Source: an uncultured Verrucomicrobiae bacterium (lineage in GTDB: Bacteria > Verrucomicrobiota > Verrucomicrobiia > Chthoniobacterales > UBA10450). From it: 64,000 nt of DNA. The stretch covers positions 42,844 through 106,843 of the forward strand of contig CAVRCO010000007.1 in assembly GCA_963719605.1 (NCBI GenBank). Direction: 5' to 3'. Each line of letters opens with the position of its first letter. Position 1 is the stretch's first letter. The translations under genes and the position numbers were made by a program. This document shows, one piece after another, positions 46,282 through 55,377 of this stretch. The notes beneath the pieces were generated by a model. That model did not search any database and was not told the origin of the DNA. It saw only the letters and a program-made list of their open reading frames with translations.

Positions 46282-48534
46282 ATGCGATCGGTTGGAAATG
46301 CAATCGTAATCGGTTTCGCGATTGTTTTGGGGATAGGACAGGCGCGCGCCGGCGAGTTCGATTCGATTCTGCGCTGGCGTAACATTGGACCTTACCGCGG
46401 CGGCCGAACGCGGGCGGTCGCAGGAGTTCCATCGCAGACGAATGTTTTTTACATGGCGCCGGTGAACGGCGGCGTTTTTAAATCGATCGATTACGGTCGC
46501 ACGTGGCAGCCGATTTTCGATGATCAGCCGACGGCGTCGATCGGCGCGATTGCGGTCGCGCCTTCAAATCCGGACATCATTTATGTCGGCAGCGGTGAAG
46601 GATTGCACCGGCCGGATCTTTCAGTCGGCGACGGTATTTATAAATCGAGCGATGCCGGCAAGACATGGACGCATCTCGGATTACGCGACGGTCAGCAGAT
46701 CGCGCAGTTGGTGGTCGATCCAAAAAATCCGGACCGCATCTTTGTTGCCGTAGCCGGTCACCCGTACGGGCCTAACGAAGAACGCGGCATTTATCGATCG
46801 ATCGATGGCGGAAAAACGTTCGAAAAAGTTCTTTATCGCGATGAAAACGTCGGCGCGAGCGATGTGCAGATCGATCCAGGTAATCCGCAGGTTGTTTACG
46901 CTGCGCTATGGGAATCACGCGAAGGACCGTGGGAAAACGGAGTATTCAACGGAGACGGCGGCGGCATTTATAAATCCACCGACGGCGGCAAGACATGGCG
47001 GCAGTTAAGCAAGGGGCTGCCGGCCAACATTGTGCAGGCGAACATCGCGATCGCGCCGAGCGCGCCGAAAACATTATTCGCCGCGGTCCGGACAAAAACG
47101 ATCGCGAAACTTTATCGCTCGGACGACGCTGGCGAAACCTGGAGTGGGACAACTGACGATCCGCGGCCGGGACTTGGAATCGGCGGTGGCGATCTCCCCG
47201 TGGTGCGGTTTGACACAAAGAATCCGCAGATCGTTTACTCGGCCAGCGTGGTTTGTTGGAAATCGACGGACGGCGGCAAAATGTGGAACGGCTGGCGCGG
47301 CGCACCCGGCGGCGACGATTATCAAAACGTTTGGATTAATCCGAACAATCCCGACATCATTCTTCTCGGTTCCGACCAGGGAGCGATCGTCACTGTGAAC
47401 GGAGGCAAGAGTTGGAGCTCATGGTATAACCAGTCAACTGCGCAGTTGTATCACGTTAGCGCCGACAACACGTTTCCGTACCGGCTTTACAGCGGACAAC
47501 AGGAAAGCGGTTCGGTCGGAATCAAAAGCCGTGGCGATGAAGGCGAAATCACGTTTCGCGATTGGAAGCCGGTCGCGGCCGAGGAATATGGTTACGTCGT
47601 TGCCGATCCGCTCGATCCAGACATTATCGTCGGGGGTAAGCTGACGCGATTCGATCGCCGCACCGGTCAGGCGCAAAATATACTTCCGGTGCCGGTGCAA
47701 ACAGAAGACTTCCGGATGTTGCGGACCGAGCCGGTTGTCTTTTCGCCGCTCGATCCGCGTTTGCTCTTCTTCGCCGGAAACACGCTTTGGCAAACACGCG
47801 ATCGTGGCGACCACTGGGAAAAAATCAGTCCGGATTTGTCGCGGCCGAATTACCAGCTGCCTGCGACCGTTGGGAAATACAAGGAGGACGCAACAAAGCA
47901 GGCCCATCGGCGCGGCGTGATTTATACCGTTGCGCCGTCACCGCTCGACGCGAACCGGATCTGGTGCGGGACCGACGATGGTTTGATTCATCTCACAACC
48001 GATGCTGGAAAAACCTGGACCAACGTGACGCCTGCAGACATATCAGCGTGGCAGAAAATTTCTCTGATCGAAGCCGGACATTTCGATTCGAACGCCGCTT
48101 ACGCAGCGGTGAACACGATGCGGATCGACGATCTGCGGCCGCACATTTTTGCGACACACGACGGCGGAAAAACGTGGGCGGAGATCGCGAATGGAATACC
48201 GGCCGGCCAAATCGTCAACGCGGTTCGCGAAGATCCGGAACGCAAAGGCCTTCTGTTCGCCGGAACCGAAAAAGGCGTTTACATCTCGTTCGATGACGGC
48301 GCCAACTGGGAGTCGTTGCGATTGAATCTGCCAGCGAGTTCCGTGCGCGATCTTGTTATTAAGAACGACGATCTCGTCGTGGCGACGCATGGTCGCGGGT
48401 TCTGGATTCTCGACAACATCACGCCGCTGCGGCAACTCCCATCTGTAGCCGAGGTCGTTGACCCCGGTACGACTTACCGCGTCAAGCACAGCCGCGGTCA
48501 GCGCCCGCGGCTACAGCGAGAATTTGTTGTTTAA
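46282..48534 (+). CDS. secreted BNR/sortilin-VPS10-like beta-propeller glycosidase-like protein, N-terminal part (gene split by a frameshift)
   Basis: Signal peptide MRSVGNAIVIGFAIVLGIGQARA. Many BNR-type S.D.G.TW motifs (SIDYGRTW, SSDAGKTW, SIDGGKTF, STDGGKTW, SDDAGETW, TDAGKTW, HDGGKTW). Confidence 0.8.
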   Translation: MRSVGNAIVIGFAIVLGIGQARAGEFDSILRWRNIGPYRGGRTRAVAGVPSQTNVFYMAPVNGGVFKSIDYGRTWQPIFDDQPTASIGAIAVAPSNPDIIYVGSGEGLHRPDLSVGDGIYKSSDAGKTWTHLGLRDGQQIAQLVVDPKNPDRIFVAVAGHPYGPNEERGIYRSIDGGKTFEKVLYRDENVGASDVQIDPGNPQVVYAALWESREGPWENGVFNGDGGGIYKSTDGGKTWRQLSKGLPANIVQANIAIAPSAPKTLFAAVRTKTIAKLYRSDDAGETWSGTTDDPRPGLGIGGGDLPVVRFDTKNPQIVYSASVVCWKSTDGGKMWNGWRGAPGGDDYQNVWINPNNPDIILLGSDQGAIVTVNGGKSWSSWYNQSTAQLYHVSADNTFPYRLYSGQQESGSVGIKSRGDEGEITFRDWKPVAAEEYGYVVADPLDPDIIVGGKLTRFDRRTGQAQNILPVPVQTEDFRMLRTEPVVFSPLDPRLLFFAGNTLWQTRDRGDHWEKISPDLSRPNYQLPATVGKYKEDATKQAHRRGVIYTVAPSPLDANRIWCGTDDGLIHLTTDAGKTWTNVTPADISAWQKISLIEAGHFDSNAAYAAVNTMRIDDLRPHIFATHDGGKTWAEIANGIPAGQIVNAVREDPERKGLLFAGTEKGVYISFDDGANWESLRLNLPASSVRDLVIKNDDLVVATHGRGFWILDNITPLRQLPSVAEVVDPGTTYRVKHSRGQRPRLQREFVV

Positions 48535-49453
48535 ACCGCAGACTGCGTTGCGCGTTCGCGCGAACCTGAATACCGACACGCCGTTGCCGCCGGACGAACC
48601 GGCCGGCCAAAATCCACCAGACGGTGCGATGATCGATTATTTTCTTTCGAAAGATGCGGCTGGTCCGGTAATGATCGAAATCAAAGACAGCAAGGGCCAG
48701 TCAGTTCGAAAATATTCGAGCGAGGATGTGCCGGTCGAGGCGAATCCAAAGCGGCTCAAAATTCCGAGCTACTGGATTCGGCCGCCGCAAACCGTTTCGG
48801 CGAAAGGAGGCATCCATCGGTTTCTGTGGGACATGCATTACACACCGATTCCGGATGTGGAACCGGAGTTTCCGATGACAGCAACGTATCGTAATACGCC
48901 ACCCGCAGCGACGTCACCATGGGCCGCGCCGGGTGATTACACGGTTATGTTGACGGTTGACGGGAAAACTTTCAGCCAACCTTTGACCGTCGCGATGGAT
49001 CCGCGCGTTAAGGCGTCGGGCGCCGACCTTCAGGAACAGTTCGATCTCTCGTGGAAGTTGTATCAACTGCGGCTAAAGCTGGCGCCGATCGGCAAGAAGT
49101 TCGACAACATCGCCGAGCAACTAACGAAACTCAGAGCAAAGGCCGCGGAGCGATCTGACGTCACGCAAAAACTGGAGGCCTTTGCTCAGACATTCGTGAA
49201 GTTCGGGCCGCCGCATCCGCGGCCAGGCGCTCCACCCTCGCTTTTCATTTTGGAATCGGCGACGCGCCTGTTCAACGAGATCGAACGCGCAGACGCTGCG
49301 CCGACAGCCGCAGTCAAGGCCGCTATCGCGGATCTGGAGACAAAAGTCGGACCGATGATGGACGCATGGCACAAATTACTCGAATCCGATCTTCCCGCGC
49401 TGAATCAGCAATTGAAGCAAGCGGGATTTCCCGAAATCAAAACAGAGAGGTGA
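48458..49453 (+). CDS. C-terminal continuation of the BNR/sortilin-like protein in the +1 frame
   Basis: ...ENLLFKPQTALRVRANLNTDTPLPPDEPAGQNPPDGAMIDYFL... is the conserved C-terminal region of this family. It overlaps the end of the upstream ORF. Confidence 0.7.
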   Translation: MTPVRLTASSTAAVSARGYSENLLFKPQTALRVRANLNTDTPLPPDEPAGQNPPDGAMIDYFLSKDAAGPVMIEIKDSKGQSVRKYSSEDVPVEANPKRLKIPSYWIRPPQTVSAKGGIHRFLWDMHYTPIPDVEPEFPMTATYRNTPPAATSPWAAPGDYTVMLTVDGKTFSQPLTVAMDPRVKASGADLQEQFDLSWKLYQLRLKLAPIGKKFDNIAEQLTKLRAKAAERSDVTQKLEAFAQTFVKFGPPHPRPGAPPSLFILESATRLFNEIERADAAPTAAVKAAIADLETKVGPMMDAWHKLLESDLPALNQQLKQAGFPEIKTER

Positions 49454-49516
49454 GCAATAAGGCGTCGGCACTACGTCATGAGGACCGCGGTCAGCGCCCA
49501 CGGCTGCAGGTTTTCA

Positions 49517-49804
49517 TTACCGCCAGTGACGATCAGAACGCCAATAAGCGTGTCGGCCGTAAAATCGGTGCGTACGATAGAAGCCGAACCGCGGCCCGTA
49601 ATAGCCATAGCCAGGGGCAACGACCACGCCAACTACTGCAGGAGGGGCGAAGAAGACCGGGCGCGGTGGCGGTGGCGCGTAATTGTACGTCGGTGCCGGA
49701 GCGCGGTAAGGCTCAATTACTTCAGTGCCGGCATTCGAGGGTAGAGCAGATGCAAACCCGAATGCGAACACCGCTAATGCTATCACGATAAGTTTTTTCC
49801 CCAT
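49517..49804 (-). CDS. small secreted Pro/Tyr/Gly/Arg-rich protein
   Basis: Signal peptide MGKKLIVIALAVFAFGFASALPSNA, followed by a low-complexity PPPP/YGYYGPRFGFY region. Confidence 0.5.
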   Translation of the reverse strand: MGKKLIVIALAVFAFGFASALPSNAGTEVIEPYRAPAPTYNYAPPPPRPVFFAPPAVVGVVVAPGYGYYGPRFGFYRTHRFYGRHAYWRSDRHWR

Positions 49805-49986
49805 GATCGGTTATCCCTCCTGTTATTTCGCCGATTGAACCAAGGAATGGCTGCGAAGTTGCCAAAGAATTGGCGCCACGCGTTGCTGCGAATGGGTGCA
49901 TAGACGGCGCGCATCGCCGTGGCTACAGCGAATGATCGATCTACGACGCGGGCCGCAGTCGACGCCAGCGGCTACAGATCGACGGT

Positions 49987-50607
49987 CTACTTTTTGTCCA
50001 AAAGCGACAGGTACGCTTTGTAACCTCGGTCTTTCATTTCTTCGACCGGGACGAAATGGAAGGCAGCCGAGTAAACGACGTAACGTTGTCCCGTGGGCGA
50101 TTTTGGGTCGGGAAACACATAGCCAAGGTGAGCGTTACTTCGCTTGGCGTGGACCTCGGTCCGCTGCATGTCGTGCGAAGTATCCAGGCTCTCGACGAGG
50201 AGATCTTTTGAGATCGGCTTGGTGAACGTGGGGAAGCCGACCCCAGCGTCGAATTTGTCGAGCGAAGTGAAAAGCGGTTCGCCGGTAATCACATCGACGT
50301 AAATGCCAGTCTTCTCGTTGTTCCAGAACTGATTTTGGAAAGCCCTTTGGGAGCCACCCTCGCGCACGACGGAATATTCCTCAGCCTTCAATCGTTGTTT
50401 CAAGACGGCGTCGCTGGGAACCGGACGGTTCGGATCGAAAGTTGTGGTCTCCTTTTTCTCTTTCTGCGCGAGCAAGAAGAAGTAAAGCCCACCGGCGATG
50501 AGCACGATTGCGATGCCGACACCGACGTACGTGCTGATGGCCGATTTTTCCTCGGCGCTGATTCGGCCCCCACGCATTAGATTGCGATTGAATCCGAGAC
50601 TGGCCAT
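49987..50607 (-). CDS. membrane-anchored MsrB/SelR-like domain protein lacking all catalytic and Zn-binding cysteines
   Basis: ATG 50607 (TTG 50616 is also possible). One TM (AISTYVGVGIAIVLIAGGLYFFLLA), then a SelR fold: GIYVDVITGEPLF, GVGFPTF, RTEVHAKRSNAHLGYVFPD, RYVVYSAAF. Confidence 0.7.
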   Translation of the reverse strand: MASLGFNRNLMRGGRISAEEKSAISTYVGVGIAIVLIAGGLYFFLLAQKEKKETTTFDPNRPVPSDAVLKQRLKAEEYSVVREGGSQRAFQNQFWNNEKTGIYVDVITGEPLFTSLDKFDAGVGFPTFTKPISKDLLVESLDTSHDMQRTEVHAKRSNAHLGYVFPDPKSPTGQRYVVYSAAFHFVPVEEMKDRGYKAYLSLLDKK

Positions 50608-50749
50608 GTCCGTCAAGACGGAACAGGCGTCTGATGTTCACTATTACGTGTAGCCACGCTCCTGTGTGGCGTTTGCATTGTTGAAGCTAGCCATCCTTGA
50701 CGGTGCACTCGCCGCGGCGAGTAAACTCCGAGTAAATTGAGCAAGCGGG

Positions 50750-50776
50750 CTGCAAATTTGCAGGCGACACGCCTGC
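50750..50776. promoter_or_regulatory. two overlapping perfect palindromes in a divergent intergenic region
   Basis: CTGCAAATTTGCAG (50750-50763) and GCAGGCG-ACA-CGCCTGC (50760-50776). CGAGTAAA direct repeats lie 11 bp apart at 50718 and 50729. Confidence 0.4.
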
Positions 50777-50856
50777 CGCTACAGCAATCGCGCGGATTTG
50801 AAAAATACCGGTAAATTACTGTGAAGCGGAGCAGTGCAGGTATTCCTTCAGGCGTC

Positions 50857-51357
50857 ATGTCGATCGTTACAACCTATCTTGAGATGCATTCGCCCGACCA
50901 GCTTCGCCCAAAGCGATGCACGGATAGGCGATTTCATATCCAGGAGAAAATCGAACGCGACTGGCGATTCAATCGGGATCTTTATCTTGCCGTCGGGCAG
51001 ATGTGGTCATGGAACGACAAGCGCGTGTGGAGCGACGAGCAATGGAAGGAATACGGGCTTGCACCGGAGCTACGGACCTTTGCCGCGTATTACGAGCATT
51101 CGCTCGCAGGCTATTACGAACTGCGTCGCGACGATGGAGACGGCATTGAGATCGCCTACTTTGGTTTGTTACCGGAGTTTATCGGTCGCGGCTTGGGAGG
51201 ACCCCTATTAACCAGCGCAATCGAAGAAGCATGGCGGATGTCGCCTTCGGTCAATCGCGTTTGGGTGCATACGTGTACACTTGATCATCCCAGTGCGCTG
51301 GGCAATTACCAGGCCCGCGGCATGGTGATTTATAAGCAAGAAGCAGCAGAAAACTAA
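50857..51357 (+). CDS. GNAT family N-acetyltransferase
   Basis: ATG at 50857. IEIAYFGLLPEFIGRGLGGPLL (acetyl-CoA Q/RxxGxG/A motif) ... NRVWVHTCTLDHPSALGNYQARG. Confidence 0.75.
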   Translation: MSIVTTYLEMHSPDQLRPKRCTDRRFHIQEKIERDWRFNRDLYLAVGQMWSWNDKRVWSDEQWKEYGLAPELRTFAAYYEHSLAGYYELRRDDGDGIEIAYFGLLPEFIGRGLGGPLLTSAIEEAWRMSPSVNRVWVHTCTLDHPSALGNYQARGMVIYKQEAAEN

Positions 51358-51459
51358 AATACTGAAAGCAAAAAACGAACCACGGGTCATCATTTATCAT
51401 AAGCGTCTTGTATGTTGGAAGTGTCGTCTCTGTGTTAGAACACCCACGCTTTCCTCGTC

Positions 51460-53058
51460 TTAACCTCTTCGCCGCGATTTTTGCGCCTGCCGCGGAAGCC
51501 GAGCTTCGGCCAGATCAATGTCACGTTGGATTCGGCGCAAGGCCTGGTCGTTGATGGCTTCTTCATTGCGCAGTTGGATTACGGTGTCGCGTTCTGTTTG
51601 TAACACTTCGCGGGCCAATTCTTCAAAGTCTTCCGAGAACAATCTACTGACGCTTTCTTCATCGGGAACTTCACTGCGCAGTTGACGGATACGGTCTTCG
51701 TATTCTGAACGAAGACGTTCAATGGTCCTGGGCTTGGCTCGCTTCGACGATGCGATTTCCTCGAGACGAGCAAGAGCTGCTTCGTTAGCCTTCAGGCGCG
51801 CCAGTCGCTCTTCTTTTTCCGTGATACGATCGTCTTTAATTTTCAGCCAACGGACCAGCGGCGCTAGAGTGAGTCCTTGCAGAACTAGCGTTGCGAAAAT
51901 GACACAGAACGTCAGCAAGAGGATGAGGTCGCGTCCGGGGAATGGTTGACCATTGGCGAGGACAAGCGGGATCGCCAGTGCGCCGGCAAGCGAATCCGCG
52001 CCGCGCATCCCGGTCCACGCGATCAACGCAGTCTGCTGCCACGGAGCGGGATTTTTACGGCGGAACGTTGGACTCAGCAGACGCGGCAAGTAGGTGGCTC
52101 CGAACACCCAGGCGAAACGGACCAGCACGATCATCAGAACAAAGACGATCGCCAGCTGGGCCGCGCGAGTCGCTGTTCCCGGAGCGAGCGCCTGCATAAC
52201 CTGCGGAAGTTGAAGCCCGATGAGCATGAAAAGAATTCCGTTCAGAATAAACGTGACCATTTCCCAGACAGGGAACGCCTGCAGGCGCATGCGCCCGCTC
52301 ATGATCCGCGGGGCGCGCCATCCGATATAGATGCCTGCAATTACGACTGCGAGGATTCCGGAAACATGCAGGTTTTCACCGCTGAAGTAGGCAACGTACG
52401 GCGTAAGCAGGGAAAACAATGTTTGAACAGGCGGATCGTCCAAACGCTTTTGCAATTGGACTACGAGCCAGCCCACGGCGAGACCAACACAGATGCCGCC
52501 GGCGGCGACAAAAAGAAATTGCAAGCTTGCTTGCGCCAGCGAAAAGGTGCCGGTCATCACTGCGGCTACTGCGAAACGGAACGAGATAAAAGAAGTAGCG
52601 TCGTTTACCAGACTTTCCCCTTCGAGGATGACAATAATTTTGCGAGGCACGCGCAAATTTTGAGTGACCGCCAGCGCTGCCACGGCGTCGGGCGGCGAGA
52701 TGATGGCGCCGAAAACAAAGCCTACCGCCAAAGGTAATCCGACCAAATCGTGGAACAGATAAGCAGTCGTGGTCATCGTTAAAAGAACGAGAACGATTGC
52801 CAGTGGGAGAATTGAGCGAAGATTCATTCGGAAATCTCTCCACGACGTGAAAATGGCCGCGGGATAAAGCAGCGGCGGAAGAAACAGATTAAAGACCAGT
52901 TTCGGTTCGAGGTGAATCGCAGGAAGACCAGGGATCAGAGCGAGCACCACGCCACCGATGGTCAACAGAATTGGATATGGGACTCGGATTTTCCGGGCAA
53001 CGATCGCCAGCAGAGCAACGGCAACGAGACAAATCAGGATTAATTCGGTTTTTTCCAC
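51460..53058 (-). CDS. Na+/H+ antiporter (CPA1/NhaP type) with a cytoplasmic C-terminal coiled region
   Basis: 532 aa with about 11-12 TM helices. Motifs AIISPPDAVAA, ILEGESLVNDATS, WTGMRGADSLA. Confidence 0.85.
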   Translation of the reverse strand: MEKTELILICLVAVALLAIVARKIRVPYPILLTIGGVVLALIPGLPAIHLEPKLVFNLFLPPLLYPAAIFTSWRDFRMNLRSILPLAIVLVLLTMTTTAYLFHDLVGLPLAVGFVFGAIISPPDAVAALAVTQNLRVPRKIIVILEGESLVNDATSFISFRFAVAAVMTGTFSLAQASLQFLFVAAGGICVGLAVGWLVVQLQKRLDDPPVQTLFSLLTPYVAYFSGENLHVSGILAVVIAGIYIGWRAPRIMSGRMRLQAFPVWEMVTFILNGILFMLIGLQLPQVMQALAPGTATRAAQLAIVFVLMIVLVRFAWVFGATYLPRLLSPTFRRKNPAPWQQTALIAWTGMRGADSLAGALAIPLVLANGQPFPGRDLILLLTFCVIFATLVLQGLTLAPLVRWLKIKDDRITEKEERLARLKANEAALARLEEIASSKRAKPRTIERLRSEYEDRIRQLRSEVPDEESVSRLFSEDFEELAREVLQTERDTVIQLRNEEAINDQALRRIQRDIDLAEARLPRQAQKSRRRG

Positions 53059-53237
53059 GACGGTTCCGATTGCATCCGAGCCTCTCTGGAATTAGACCAT
53101 GCGTCCAGTCATGGCGAGACAATTCAAATCGGCGTTGTCTTGTGTCGCAATGAAGAAAGCCGTGGTACTTGTGCACACGACACGTCGCGCCACGTCAGAT
53201 TTTGAACGATGTTCCCTACGTGAAGGTCTAGGCTGCT

Positions 53238-53555
53238 ATGACCAAACTGATTGCGTTAGTAACGGCGGGACTCTTTGCGGCAGCCACAATGTTTGCAGGC
53301 GAACATGGCAACTGCACAAAGCAAGTCGGAAATGAAACGAAGATGGCGTGTGAAGTTTCCTTGGCGAGTCTAAGCCTGACACCTGATCAGAAGACAAAGA
53401 TGAATGCAGCCATGGAGGAGCATCACAAGGCTGGCTGCAACGACGCCAGTGAAGCCAAATACATGGAATCGGCGAAATCAATCCTGACTCCGGAGCAGTA
53501 CGCGAAGTTCGAAGCCCAATGCAAGAAAGGCGAGAAAGGTAAGACGCAAACCTGA
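53238..53555 (+). CDS. small periplasmic LTXXQ-motif (Spy/CpxP/ZraP-like) protein
   Basis: Signal peptide MTKLIALVTAGLFAAATMFA. Two LTxxQ motifs are present (LTPDQKTKM, LTPEQYAKF). Confidence 0.6.
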   Translation: MTKLIALVTAGLFAAATMFAGEHGNCTKQVGNETKMACEVSLASLSLTPDQKTKMNAAMEEHHKAGCNDASEAKYMESAKSILTPEQYAKFEAQCKKGEKGKTQT

Positions 53556-53582
53556 TTTTAGATTCCACTCAAATCAACGCTT

Positions 53583-53610
53583 CGCGCCGAGAGCAATCTC
53601 GGCGCGTTTT
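53583..53610 (+). terminator. rho-independent terminator
   Basis: A 10-bp perfect GC-rich stem CGCGCCGAGA / TCTCGGCGCG with a GCAA loop, followed by TTTT. It lies 28 nt after the stop at 53555. Confidence 0.75.
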
Positions 53611-54235
53611 GCGTACCGGATTTTTAGGTACTATTGAAGCCGTGATTCCCCTCGGCCTGAAAGTTGGCTACACGATTTTCGTTTGTGCGCTGGTGACGAT
53701 CTATTGGCGAGAGTACGGGCCGGCCAACTTCCTTTGGTTCTCAGATATTGCTTTGCTGGCACTCGTGCCCGCCCTTTGGCTGGAGAACGCGCTGCTCGTC
53801 AGCATGCTGGCCATCTCCGTCGTGTTTTTTGAAGCACTCTGGAATCTGGATTTCTTTTTTCGTCTTGCGACCGGCAAGTCATTGATCGGTTTGAGCGCTT
53901 ATATGTTTGATCCCGGGATCCCGTTGTTCATCCGGGGATTATCATCTTTCCACATCCTCCTGCCGCTTCTACTTCTCTGGATGCTGCACCGGCTCGGCTA
54001 CGATCACCGCGCTTTTCTCTGGCAGACAATTGTCGCGCTGGTGGTCCTGCCACTCTCTTATCTGGTGAGCAATGCACAGGAGAATGTGAACTGGGTCTAT
54101 GGTTTAGGCGAAAATCGGCAGCGGATTCTGCCCGCGCCGCTGTTTCTGATTCTTCTAATGCTGTTGTTCCCGCTCGCTGTTTATCTGCCAACGCACCTTC
54201 TTTTCGCCAGAATTTTTCGAGTCGCAGGATCGTGA
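53609..54235 (+). CDS. polytopic membrane protein of unknown function
   Basis: About 6 hydrophobic helices with no recognisable motif. TTG 53609 overlaps the terminator T-run, so GTG 53642 is the more likely start. Confidence 0.55.
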   Translation: MRTGFLGTIEAVIPLGLKVGYTIFVCALVTIYWREYGPANFLWFSDIALLALVPALWLENALLVSMLAISVVFFEALWNLDFFFRLATGKSLIGLSAYMFDPGIPLFIRGLSSFHILLPLLLLWMLHRLGYDHRAFLWQTIVALVVLPLSYLVSNAQENVNWVYGLGENRQRILPAPLFLILLMLLFPLAVYLPTHLLFARIFRVAGS

Positions 54236-54366
54236 TCCTCCGGTCCTTTGTGCGAAGCTATGGCGGGCGACGTCATTTGGGATGGCAAGTGCGATGGTCA
54301 CGAAAAAGCCGCACGATTCATCGAAATCGTGCGGCTTCTATTGGTGATATCTCAGGTTGCGCAGGC

Positions 54367-54735
54367 TTAATCGACAACGACGTGATCAACGATTCGCGAA
54401 TCGCCTGTGTTTACGTAATAAATACGCACGTGCGTTCCGGGTTTGATCGCGGTTTGGATCACCTCGCCGTTCTTGTTCACAACGTGACCAGGTCCGTTGA
54501 GAATGTAACTGCCAGGAGTATTTGAACTGTCCTCACGAACAACGAGAGTCTTGAACGGCTGGTAATTGGCCGCCGATCCTTCCCCCGTTGTCATTTTGAT
54601 GATCGTTCCGGTCACCGTTATCGGTTGTTCTGCGGCAGCGGTTGTTTGTTTCTTATCTGTCGAACGCGTCTGAGAAAACGCCACCGGCGCAATGAGTGCA
54701 CCGCAGGCGAGAATAACAATTGTCTTCTTGATCAT
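54367..54735 (-). CDS. small secreted protein of unknown function
   Basis: Signal peptide MIKKTIVILACGALIAPVAFS, then a beta-rich sequence. It outcompetes the antisense ORF 54232..54525. Confidence 0.55.
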   Translation of the reverse strand: MIKKTIVILACGALIAPVAFSQTRSTDKKQTTAAAEQPITVTGTIIKMTTGEGSAANYQPFKTLVVREDSSNTPGSYILNGPGHVVNKNGEVIQTAIKPGTHVRIYYVNTGDSRIVDHVVVD

Positions 54736-55062
54736 GATGGCCTCCTTTGTTGTTGCTCACGGATACGCCCATTAGACACGTTTCTTAAACTTGTCGTTCA
54801 ACACTCGTTAGGCCGAATGGGATTTTATGTGATCAGGCTACCAGCTCGAACAAAAAAAGGCTCCGCACAACTGAAATACGAAGGTGTCCTTCGATTCTTC
54901 TGAAGCCATGATAGGTCCATGCGTTACTGCTTCCAAACACAGTATGGTAACAAACTTGTTACTCATGAACTACATTCTTCGTGGCTGCGCTGGCGCAATG
55001 TAATCGCGTTCCTATAAGTATTGCCATCAAGGCATTGCGTATGGTTGTCTCTGTCTGGAGCC

Positions 55063-55377
55063 ATGGCCAGAGAATTCAAACCGGTGCGTTTTTTCGTGAT
55101 GATGGCACTCGCGGCGTTTGTCGTGTGTGGAGTTACATCGTTCTACACTCATCGCGCAGCTCATGGTAGAACTCCAGAGGAGTGGGCGGCTTATGCCATC
55201 GGATTGAAAGTGGGAGAGCAAGCCCCGCCGAAAGCAATGCTGCCAACAGCTGCTGACTTAAACATGATGGCTCAAAAATATTTCAAACAGCAGGGATCCG
55301 GCAACGAACAAACCTGGGACCAGGGGTTCGAGAGCGGTTACACGGACGGGTTCAACAAGACGCATCCCCGCCGATGA
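55063..55377 (+). CDS. small single-TM protein of unknown function
   Basis: ATG at 55063 (MAREFKPVRFFVMMALAAFVVCGVTSF). Translationally coupled (ATGA) to the next ORF. Confidence 0.5.
   Translation: MAREFKPVRFFVMMALAAFVVCGVTSFYTHRAAHGRTPEEWAAYAIGLKVGEQAPPKAMLPTAADLNMMAQKYFKQQGSGNEQTWDQGFESGYTDGFNKTHPRR

Noticed and set aside
51946-52737. 263-aa plus-strand ORF opposite the Na+/H+ antiporter (similarly 62567..63253 opposite the CAX gene, 25766..26353 opposite the DUF697 gene, and 4482..5087 opposite the TPR gene)
   Set aside because: All lie wholly within better-supported genes on the other strand and translate to Arg/Gly/Asp-rich low-complexity sequence.
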